Positions 47,286 to 55,278 of a stretch of DNA of 64,000 bases are shown piece by piece. Location: contig CAXXVL010000001.1 of NCBI GenBank assembly GCA_963667845.2, forward strand, positions 672,001 through 736,000, read 5' to 3'. The first letter of the stretch is position 1. Every line of letters starts with the position of its first letter. Position numbers and translations under genes: made by a program. This DNA comes from Smithellaceae bacterium (lineage in GTDB: Bacteria > Desulfobacterota > Syntrophia > Syntrophales > Smithellaceae). The notes beneath the pieces were generated by a model, which worked only from the letters and a program-made list of their open reading frames with translations, ran no database searches and was not told where the DNA came from.

Positions 47286-48557
47286 ATGACACAGTTGGAG
47301 AAAGCCCGCAGAGGGGTCATTTCGGACGAAATGAAAATCTGCGCGGCGGAAGAAGGCATTGAGGCCGAGGTTATCCGGCAGGGGATGGTTGACGGGACCA
47401 TCGTGATTTGCCGCAACGTGAACCATACGGCGATCAAACCGCTGGCGATAGGCGCAGGACTGCGGACCAAGGTCAATGCCAATATCGGGACGTCCAAAGA
47501 CAATAATGATATGGCTGTCGAGCTGGAAAAATTGAAAATCGCCACAGCGGCGGGTGCCGATGCCGTCATGGATTTATCCACCGGCGGGGATCTCGCGCAA
47601 ATCCGCAAGGCGGTGATGGAACAAGCCACCGTGGCCATCGGGACGGTGCCCATTTATCAGGCGGCGGTTAAAATCCTGGCCGAGAAAAAAGCGATTGCCG
47701 ATATGACGTCCGACGATATGTTTGCCGTGATTGAGGAAAACGGTCGCGACGGCGTCGATTTTATTACCGTGCACTGCGGCGTCAATCGTCAAAGCATAGC
47801 GGTCCTGGAAGCGCAGGGAAGAGTTCTGGGCATTGTCAGCCGGGGTGGTTCCATGACCGCGAACTGGATGCGCTGCAATAACCGTGAAAATCCGCTGTAT
47901 GAAGAATATGACCGTCTGCTTTCCATCGCACACCGCTACGACATGGTGCTGAGCCTCGGTGACGGTCTGCGCCCCGGCGCGACGAGTGATGCGACCGACC
48001 GGGGGCAATTGCAGGAGCTGATCATTCTGGGCGAGCTCGCGGCACGCGCCCGCGATGCGGGCGTGCAGGTCATGATTGAAGGCCCCGGCCACGTGCCGAT
48101 TACGGAAGTGGAAGCCAATATCAAACTGCAGAAGAAGCTGTGCCAGGGAGCGCCATTTTACGTTCTGGGCCCGTTGCCGACGGATATCGCACCCGGGTAC
48201 GATCATATCACTTCCGCGATCGGCGGCGCGATTGCGGGCGCTGCGGGCGCGGATTTCCTGTGTTACGTTACCCCTGCGGAGCATTTGCGCCTGCCCACAC
48301 TGGCCGATGTCCGCGACGGGGTGATCGCCGCGCGCATTGCCGCTCATATTGCGGATATCGCCAAAGGCGTCAAAGGGGCGCGCGAGCGCGACCGGAAAAT
48401 GTCCGAATGCCGGAAGAACTTTGACTGGCAGGGACAGGTGGATTTATCCATTGATCCGGAGAGAACCGTTGCCTTGCTGGAGAAAAGCAAGAGTGCGGAT
48501 GATGAAGGCTGCACCATGTGCGGTGAATTCTGCGCCATCAAATTAGGAAAGCGGTAA
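47286..48557 (+). CDS. thiC: Phosphomethylpyrimidine synthase
   Basis: KVNANIGTS, MDLSTGG, SRGGS, GDGLRPG, EGPGH, CYVTPAEHL.LP, CTMCGEFC; under a TPP riboswitch. Confidence 0.93.
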   Translation: MTQLEKARRGVISDEMKICAAEEGIEAEVIRQGMVDGTIVICRNVNHTAIKPLAIGAGLRTKVNANIGTSKDNNDMAVELEKLKIATAAGADAVMDLSTGGDLAQIRKAVMEQATVAIGTVPIYQAAVKILAEKKAIADMTSDDMFAVIEENGRDGVDFITVHCGVNRQSIAVLEAQGRVLGIVSRGGSMTANWMRCNNRENPLYEEYDRLLSIAHRYDMVLSLGDGLRPGATSDATDRGQLQELIILGELAARARDAGVQVMIEGPGHVPITEVEANIKLQKKLCQGAPFYVLGPLPTDIAPGYDHITSAIGGAIAGAAGADFLCYVTPAEHLRLPTLADVRDGVIAARIAAHIADIAKGVKGARERDRKMSECRKNFDWQGQVDLSIDPERTVALLEKSKSADDEGCTMCGEFCAIKLGKR

Positions 48558-48570
48558 AGAGGGTTGTTCG

Positions 48571-48882
48571 ATGATTTATGTTATTGCCACGATTACGCTC
48601 AAAGAGGGTCAGCGGGAAAAATATCTGCGGGAACTGCGCAAAATTATGCCGCTGGTGCACGGGGAAAATGGCTGTATTGAATATCGGCCCTGGACGGATG
48701 TGAATACCGGAAGCCGATTTCAGGCGGTATACCGGACCGACACGGTGACCATTCTGGAAAAGTGGGAAAGCCTTGATGCCCTGAAAAATCATGGCGCGTC
48801 GACGCACATGACGGCCTTTCGTCATGATGTCAAAGAATTTGTGCAGACCATGGCCTTGCAGATATTGTCGCCGGTTGAATAA
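48571..48882 (+). CDS. Antibiotic biosynthesis monooxygenase (ABM/YgiN-like)
   Basis: IYVIATI, V..E.GCIEY, ILEKWESLDALK.H..S.HM. Confidence 0.88.
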   Translation: MIYVIATITLKEGQREKYLRELRKIMPLVHGENGCIEYRPWTDVNTGSRFQAVYRTDTVTILEKWESLDALKNHGASTHMTAFRHDVKEFVQTMALQILSPVE

Positions 48883-48940
48883 ACAGGGCAGTGGTCAATA
48901 ATTGGAAGCCGGCCTCTGCAGGCCGGCGTGAGGAAAAAAT

Positions 48941-50305
48941 TTGACCCGGACGGCGGACAGTCATCAACCCGAAAAAATCCGTAAAGCGGAAGCCATCATC
49001 AGCCGGTTGAAGCAGGCCGGCTTTGAAGCCTATTTTGTCGGCGGTTCGGTGCGGGATTTCATCCGCGGCGTCACGCCCGGTGACTATGACATCGTCACAT
49101 CCGCCCTGCCGGATCAGGTCGCCTCCCTGTTTGAACGCACGGTTGCCGTCGGAGCGAAATTCGGCGTCATGGTCGTGATTGCGGACGGTCATCCTTACGA
49201 GGTGGCGACGTTTCGCAGCGATGATATTTATGAAGACGGCAGGCGTCCCACACGCGTCCACTTTTCATCGGCAAAAGAAGACGTTTTCCGGCGCGATTTC
49301 ACCATCAACGGTCTGTTGATGGATCCCGAAACCAACCGCGTGATAGATTATGTGAATGGCCTTGCGGATATCGAAAGAAAAGTCGTCCGCACCATCGGTG
49401 ATCCGGCGGTCCGGTTTAATGAAGATTTCCTGAGAATGCTGCGCGCCGTTCGGTTCGCCGCCAATCTTGATTTTCACCTCGATAGCGAAACACAAAGCGC
49501 CATTTTCACTAATGCCGCAAATATCAGAAACGTCAGTGCCGAACGCATTCAGGAAGAGCTGAGTAAGATTCTGACGCGCGGGGGTGCGCGTCGGGGTTTT
49601 GAATTATTATCCGCTTCAGGCCTTCTGAAATATATCTTGCCGGAAGTGGAGAGGATGCATGGCGTTTCCCAGCCGCCGCGGTTTCATCCGGAAGGCGATG
49701 TCTGGGAGCACACAATGATCATGCTGGACACGCTCTGCCGGGAAACCGGCCCGAACACCGATCCGGTGCTGGCCTGGAGCGCACTGCTTCATGATGTCGG
49801 GAAACCCTTTTCGCGGACCGAAGATGAAAACGGTGTTCATTTTTACGGACACGTGCAGCAGGGAGAATCGATTGCGGACGGCGTTCTTCAGCGGCTGAAA
49901 TTTTCCAACGCCCAGCGGGAGACCGTGGTCAGTCTGATTCATCATCACATGGACTTCATGAATGTGCAGAAAATGAGGCCTGCCCGGCTGAAACGGTTTT
50001 TGCGCATGCCCGATTTCCGCCTGCATCTCGATCTGCATCGCCTCGATTGCCTCGCGAGTCACGGCATGCTGGACTATTACGAATTCTGTCTCGCGCAATT
50101 GCAGATCATGGATCATCAGGACCTGCATCCGCCCCGACTCGTGACAGGGCATGATTTGCTGGCCATGGGATTCTCCGAGGGCAAACTGATCGGAGAGATA
50201 TTGCAGACGCTGGAAGAAGAACAGTTGGAAAACAGGATTCATGATCGCAATGAAGCGGTGGCCTTTATACGGGATCACTGGAAATCATCCCTGCGGACTC
50301 TCTGA
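48941..50305 (+). CDS. CCA tRNA nucleotidyltransferase / poly(A) polymerase family with HD domain
   Basis: YFVGGSVRD, DYDIVT, EVATFR, RRDFTING, ED.LRMLRAVRF, LLHDVGK. Confidence 0.92.
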   Translation: MTRTADSHQPEKIRKAEAIISRLKQAGFEAYFVGGSVRDFIRGVTPGDYDIVTSALPDQVASLFERTVAVGAKFGVMVVIADGHPYEVATFRSDDIYEDGRRPTRVHFSSAKEDVFRRDFTINGLLMDPETNRVIDYVNGLADIERKVVRTIGDPAVRFNEDFLRMLRAVRFAANLDFHLDSETQSAIFTNAANIRNVSAERIQEELSKILTRGGARRGFELLSASGLLKYILPEVERMHGVSQPPRFHPEGDVWEHTMIMLDTLCRETGPNTDPVLAWSALLHDVGKPFSRTEDENGVHFYGHVQQGESIADGVLQRLKFSNAQRETVVSLIHHHMDFMNVQKMRPARLKRFLRMPDFRLHLDLHRLDCLASHGMLDYYEFCLAQLQIMDHQDLHPPRLVTGHDLLAMGFSEGKLIGEILQTLEEEQLENRIHDRNEAVAFIRDHWKSSLRTL

Positions 50306-50318
50306 AGGATAAGGCGAT

Positions 50319-51092
50319 ATGATCAAGACGAACCCTCTTTGTGCTGGCCTGGCCGTAGGGATCATGATTGTTTTGCTGGTGCAGGGATGTGCGAGCCGCA
50401 GTGCAAAGGAACATCCCGCGCCCTCCGAAATAAAGAGACAGTCGCTCGCCGTCATGGGCCATACGATTCAGGCCGGGGCATTTGCCGATGTGCAAAACGC
50501 GGTTCGTCTTACGGAAAGACTTAAAGGCCAGGGTCTCGACGCCACGTATTTCAAGGCATCCGATGGTCTCTTCAAAGTTCGTTTCGGGAATTTCTCGTCG
50601 AAGGAACTGGCCCGCACCCGCGCACAGGCCCTGCAGCGTGCAGGCATCATCGAAGAATTTTATATCGTGCTGCCGGAAGATTCCGCCGCGGCCAAACGCA
50701 AACAGTATGGCACGGATTATTTAAGGCAGTCGCTTGTGAAAACCGCAAAAGACTTTATCGGCGTGCCTTACCTCTGGGGCGGCGTGTCGGTCGACAAAGG
50801 CTTTGACTGCAGCGGGCTCACGATGACGGTGTATCAGTTGAATGGCCTCGATATGCCGCGCCACTCGGCAACGCAGTTCGATGCCGGAGATCCCATTAAG
50901 CTCAGTGAACTGCAGCAAGGTGATCTGGTCTTCTTTGCAACGCGTGGACGGGGAAAGGTATCGCACGTTGGTATCTATATCGGCGACGGACAATTCATCC
51001 ACGCACCGAAGCGCGGCAAAAAAATATGCATCGATTCTCTATCGAATGAATACTTCGAAAAACGTTTTGTCGGCGCAAAAAATTATCTCTGA
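50319..51092 (+). CDS. SPOR + NlpC/P60 peptidoglycan endopeptidase lipoprotein
   Basis: Lipobox VQGC; IQAGAF..NA SPOR motif; PYLWGG, FDCSG, HVGIYIG, FIHAP. Confidence 0.92.
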   Translation: MIKTNPLCAGLAVGIMIVLLVQGCASRSAKEHPAPSEIKRQSLAVMGHTIQAGAFADVQNAVRLTERLKGQGLDATYFKASDGLFKVRFGNFSSKELARTRAQALQRAGIIEEFYIVLPEDSAAAKRKQYGTDYLRQSLVKTAKDFIGVPYLWGGVSVDKGFDCSGLTMTVYQLNGLDMPRHSATQFDAGDPIKLSELQQGDLVFFATRGRGKVSHVGIYIGDGQFIHAPKRGKKICIDSLSNEYFEKRFVGAKNYL

Positions 51093-51262
51093 TCGTAAAT
51101 CTCTGAAAATGGCTCCGGCAAAGGGTTTCGAGATCACCCTCCCTTGATTGATTCTCATCAGAAATCATTGTCGACGCCGGTTGATGTTGCCGCTTCTGTG
51201 AAATGTCATTGCCTCCGAGCAATAAAAAAAATAAAAAAATAAAATATTTTTTACAGTTTTTG

Positions 51263-51291
51263 TTGACCGAAGCAAAAAAATAAAGTAAAAT
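51263..51291 (+). promoter_or_regulatory. Sigma70-type promoter for the histone-like gene
   Basis: TTGACC-17 bp-TAAAAT with an AT-rich upstream tract. Confidence 0.7.
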
Positions 51292-51358
51292 TAAGCCATA
51301 AAAGAAAGAAGACGAGTTTCGAGAAAGAAGAAAACTCAATAAAAGGAGGCTAAACGCA

Positions 51359-51544
51359 ATGACAGCAACAGCAAAGAAAGTCGTAAAGAAGGCCGCAAAG
51401 CCCGCCGCCAAGAAGGCAGCAAAGAAAGTTGTGAAGAAGGCCGCAAAGCCCGCCGCCAAGAAGGTTGCGAAGAAGGCCGTAAAGAAGACCGCTGCAAAGA
51501 AACCCGCAGCCAAGAAAGTTGTCAAAAAGGCAGCCAAAAAGTAG
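51359..51544 (+). CDS. Histone H1-like Lys/Ala/Pro-rich small basic protein
   Basis: AGGAGG RBS, own promoter and terminator; 26 of 61 residues Lys, no acidic residues; KKAAKPAAKK repeats. Confidence 0.82.
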   Translation: MTATAKKVVKKAAKPAAKKAAKKVVKKAAKPAAKKVAKKAVKKTAAKKPAAKKVVKKAAKK

Positions 51545-51567
51545 AATCACTCCAATCATGATAATTT

Positions 51568-51600
51568 AAAGAGCAGGTTAACGAAAGTTGCCTGCTCTTT
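51568..51600 (+). terminator. Intrinsic terminator
   Basis: AAAGAGCAGG..CCTGCTCTTT hairpin. Confidence 0.75.
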
Positions 51601-51794
51601 GAATTTCAGCACCCGTCGCTACTTCCTTCCCTCTTAAGTCTTGCCTGTGCGATCGAATCGAAAATCGATGGAACAATAAACCCTGTTTAAAAAAAAAGCA
51701 TTCAGTGCTATGCATACTGTGCATTCGCTTTTTGAACAACGATGTTTATCGCGGCGAATGAATCCCGGTTCCTCATTCGTAGTCGAGGTGATTG

Positions 51795-53366
51795 ATGACC
51801 AGAGACTTAATCCTCAGTATCGATAACGGCACTCAGTCCATCCGCGCTCTTATTTTTGATTTGAAAGGCAACCTGCTTTTCAAACAGCGGGTCCCCATGC
51901 AGCCCTATGTTTCACGGGAGCCCGGCTGGGCGGAACAGGATGCTGATTACTACTGGAAGTCACTGTGCAAGGTTTGTCAGATGCTCTGGCATGAGACGTC
52001 CGTTCCGAAGGAAGCGATTGCGGGTGTTGCGCTGACGACCCAGCGGGCCACGATGATTAATGTCGATCGCAGCGGGAAGCCGCTTAGGCCGGCGATGGTC
52101 TGGCTGGACCAGAGATCTACGTTCGGCCTGAAACCGGTCGGCGGGTTGTGGGGATTGGCGTTCAAAATGTCGGGGATGAGCGAAACCGTCGCTTATCTGC
52201 AGGCCGAAGCGGAAAGCAACTGGATTAAGCGTTATCAGCCGGACATCTGGAAGAAGACGCATAAGTTTTTATTTCTTTCCGGCTATCTGACCTATTGCCT
52301 GACGGGACGTTTTGTCGATTCCGTCGGTTGTCAGGTGGGCTATATTCCGTTTGACTATAAAAAGAAGACCTGGGCGTCTTCATGGAACTGGAAGTGGGAG
52401 GTGACTCAGGTTGAACCGCGAATGCTTCCGGATTTGGTCGAGCCCGCAGGTGTGCTGGGACAAATTACACATCAGGCCGCCGCAGAGACCGGCATCCCGG
52501 AAGGTCTGCCGCTCATTGCCGCTGCCGCAGACAAGGCCTGTGAGGTCATCGGTGCCGGTTGTCTCGAACCGCACATTGGATGCTTGAGCTATGGAACAAC
52601 CGCCACCATCAATACGACACACTATAAATACATCGAAGCCATCCCGCTCATTCCCCCGTATCCCTCGGCCGTCCCGGATGCCTACAGCCTCGAAATACAG
52701 ATTTACCGGGGGTACTGGATGGTGAGCTGGTTCAAGGAGCAATTTGCGCAACTGGAGCAGCAGATCGCCGAAGAACGCAATGTTGAAGTGGAGACTCTCA
52801 TTGAAGAGCTCCTGCACGAAGTCCCGCCGGGCTCCATGGGACTGATCCTTCAGCCCTACTGGTCGCCGGGCATCAAGGTGCCGGGACCCGAAGCCAAAGG
52901 AGCCGTGATCGGGTTCGGCGACGTCCACAACCGGGCTCATCTTTACCGCGCCATCCTGGAGGGCGTGGCTTACGCGCTCAGGGACGGCAAGGAACGGCAG
53001 GAAAAGCGCAGCGGGGTGGATATCACGGAGTTGCGCGTATCCGGCGGGGGATCGCAGAGTGATGCCGCGATGCAGCTCACCGCCGATATCTTCGGGATGC
53101 CCGCGGCGCGTTCACAAATTTATGAAACGTCCGGGCTGGGTGCGGCCATTGATGCGGCCGTGGGTCTGAAACTGCACCAGAACTTCAAAAAAGCCGTTGC
53201 CGAAATGACGCACATCGGACAGTATTTCGAACCGGATCTCAATACACACAAAATATATAATCAGCTTTACAAGCGTGTCTATAAGCAAATGTACAAGCGG
53301 TTAAAGCCCCTCTATGAAGAAATCCGTGACATCACCGGCTACCCGAGGAAGGTGGGAGAGACGTGA
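51795..53366 (+). CDS. FGGY family carbohydrate kinase
   Basis: [40 protein letters not shown]. Confidence 0.92.
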   Translation: MTRDLILSIDNGTQSIRALIFDLKGNLLFKQRVPMQPYVSREPGWAEQDADYYWKSLCKVCQMLWHETSVPKEAIAGVALTTQRATMINVDRSGKPLRPAMVWLDQRSTFGLKPVGGLWGLAFKMSGMSETVAYLQAEAESNWIKRYQPDIWKKTHKFLFLSGYLTYCLTGRFVDSVGCQVGYIPFDYKKKTWASSWNWKWEVTQVEPRMLPDLVEPAGVLGQITHQAAAETGIPEGLPLIAAAADKACEVIGAGCLEPHIGCLSYGTTATINTTHYKYIEAIPLIPPYPSAVPDAYSLEIQIYRGYWMVSWFKEQFAQLEQQIAEERNVEVETLIEELLHEVPPGSMGLILQPYWSPGIKVPGPEAKGAVIGFGDVHNRAHLYRAILEGVAYALRDGKERQEKRSGVDITELRVSGGGSQSDAAMQLTADIFGMPAARSQIYETSGLGAAIDAAVGLKLHQNFKKAVAEMTHIGQYFEPDLNTHKIYNQLYKRVYKQMYKRLKPLYEEIRDITGYPRKVGET

Positions 53367-53469
53367 ATGGTGAATAGTGAATGGTGAAATAGTTTGAGGG
53401 TATGCGCGGTGCCGGCGAAGGTATGATGCAAAGGCATCACTATCCACTATCCACTATTTTTCCCCCCTA

Positions 53470-53498
53470 TTGACAGAAGAAAAAAACGGGCATATAGC
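53470..53498 (+). promoter_or_regulatory. Sigma70-type promoter for the sufC/sufB-like pair
   Basis: TTGACA-17 bp-TATAGC. Confidence 0.6.
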
Positions 53499-53538
53499 GA
53501 GAACGTAAAAAAATGGGAGAAAAAGGCAGATTGGATTC

Positions 53539-54294
53539 ATGCTCGAATTAAAAAACCTCTATTTCACCGTTCCCGAGAGTGATGGGACCGGCGCGGAACG
53601 CAACATTATCGATGGAATCGACTTCACATTTGACGACGGAAAGTTTTACGCAATCACCGGACCCAACGGGAGCGGGAAGACAACGCTTGCGAAATTGATT
53701 ATGGGAATTAATCCGGTGTCCCGCGGTTCGATTATTTTCGACGGACGGGATATTTCATCGCTCTCCATTACAGAGCGGGCCAAGGCGGGGGTTGCTTACA
53801 GTTTTCAGCAGCCTGCGCGTTTCAAAGGAATCACGTTTCGCGATCTGATGGCGATCGCCACCGGCATTGACGATGAAGATAAACTGCTGGAGATTCTGTC
53901 GCGGGTGGGAATTTGTCCTCTGTCTTTTCTGGATAAGGAAATAGATGCCAGGCTGTCGGGCGGCGAAATTAAGAAGATCGAACTGGCGATTACCATTGCC
54001 GCCAACCCCAAGCTGGCGATTTACGATGAACCCGATACGGGGATTGATCTGTGGACCATTGGTCCGATGGTGAGTCTCTTAAAGAAAGAACTGAAGGCCA
54101 ACCGCACGACGACCATCGTCGTCAGCCACAACCGGGCGTTTCTGGAAGCGGCGGATGTGGTCATCATCATCAATTCAGGTAAAATTGTTTACCACGGAGG
54201 TCTGGACGGCGCCATGCCGCTTCTGGAAGATTTAAGCGTGTGCACGTATCGGGACAGTTGCGAAGGAGAGCGGGATGCTGGATGCTTTAGATAA
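53539..54294 (+). CDS. SufC-like ATPase (SmsC type)
   Basis: GPNGSGKTT, ITERAKAG...FQQP, LSGGEIKKIE, DEPDTGID; Cys-rich C-terminus. Confidence 0.88.
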   Translation: MLELKNLYFTVPESDGTGAERNIIDGIDFTFDDGKFYAITGPNGSGKTTLAKLIMGINPVSRGSIIFDGRDISSLSITERAKAGVAYSFQQPARFKGITFRDLMAIATGIDDEDKLLEILSRVGICPLSFLDKEIDARLSGGEIKKIELAITIAANPKLAIYDEPDTGIDLWTIGPMVSLLKKELKANRTTTIVVSHNRAFLEAADVVIIINSGKIVYHGGLDGAMPLLEDLSVCTYRDSCEGERDAGCFR

Positions 54295-55195
54295 AACGCT
54301 TTTGAAAACGGTCGCCGATCTGGAGGGGCTGCCCAAGGGCGCTTATAACATCAGGAAAAACGGCAAACTCTTGAGTCGTCAGGTATCGGCGAATATTAAT
54401 ATTGAAACGAATGCCGATTCGACGGGCATCATTGTCACCATTAAACCCGGAACGAAAAACGAATCCGTGCATATCCCCGTCATCCTGAGTCAGGCCGGCC
54501 TTTATGACGTGGTCTATAATTCCTTTATTATCGGTGATGAAGCCGACGTGACGATTGTTGCCGGCTGCGGCATTCACTGCGGCTCGTCTGCACCGGAAGG
54601 CCACGCAGGCATTCATGACTTTCAGGTCGGTAAAAAGGCCAAGGTCACCTATGTCGAAAAACACTATGCGACGGGCGAAGGCCGGGGCCGGCGGACGCTC
54701 AATCCGACAACGAAAGTTTTTTTGGCGGAGGGCGCCCGGGCGGACATGGAGCTGACCCAGATTGCGGGTGTGGACGAAGCCAACCGCCTCAATGAAGCCG
54801 TGCTCGGACCGGACAGTCTGCTGCTCATTACGGAAAGAGTATTGACGGATGGTGACCAGACGGCCGTATCGACGAACAACATCCTCCTCAGCGGTGCGGG
54901 GAGCCGGGCCAATATGATCTCCCGGTCGGTTATGAAGGGCAATTCCAAGCAGACGTTCTACGCGACGATGGATGCGCAAAACAGGTGTTTCGGACACATC
55001 GAATGCGATGCCATCATTATGGACAACGGGACCAACGAGACCATGCCTTCATTGAAGGCGGGGCATCCCGACGCCGAGCTGACGCATGAAGCCTCGATCG
55101 GTAAAATTGCCAACGATCAGCTCACCAAGTTGATGAGCCTCGGTCTGACGTATGATCAGGCCGTCAACAGGATAATTCAAGGCTTTCTGAAATAA
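54275..55195 (+). CDS. SufB/SufD-like scaffold (SmsB type)
   Basis: IVAGCGIH, Y.EKHY, GHIECDAII, AELTHEASIGKIA.DQL.KLMSLGL. Confidence 0.88.
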   Translation: MLDALDKTLLKTVADLEGLPKGAYNIRKNGKLLSRQVSANINIETNADSTGIIVTIKPGTKNESVHIPVILSQAGLYDVVYNSFIIGDEADVTIVAGCGIHCGSSAPEGHAGIHDFQVGKKAKVTYVEKHYATGEGRGRRTLNPTTKVFLAEGARADMELTQIAGVDEANRLNEAVLGPDSLLLITERVLTDGDQTAVSTNNILLSGAGSRANMISRSVMKGNSKQTFYATMDAQNRCFGHIECDAIIMDNGTNETMPSLKAGHPDAELTHEASIGKIANDQLTKLMSLGLTYDQAVNRIIQGFLK

Positions 55196-55278
55196 AGTTG
55201 CAAGACCCATACGAAGAAGCGGACCTGTATGTCCACGTGTCATGACCCATGCCAGCGCCGATGAGACCGGACAGCACC

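Noticed and set aside
47286..48557. BzaA/B/F benzimidazole synthase instead of ThiC
   Set aside because: It lies downstream of thiD under a TPP riboswitch, not a cobalamin riboswitch.
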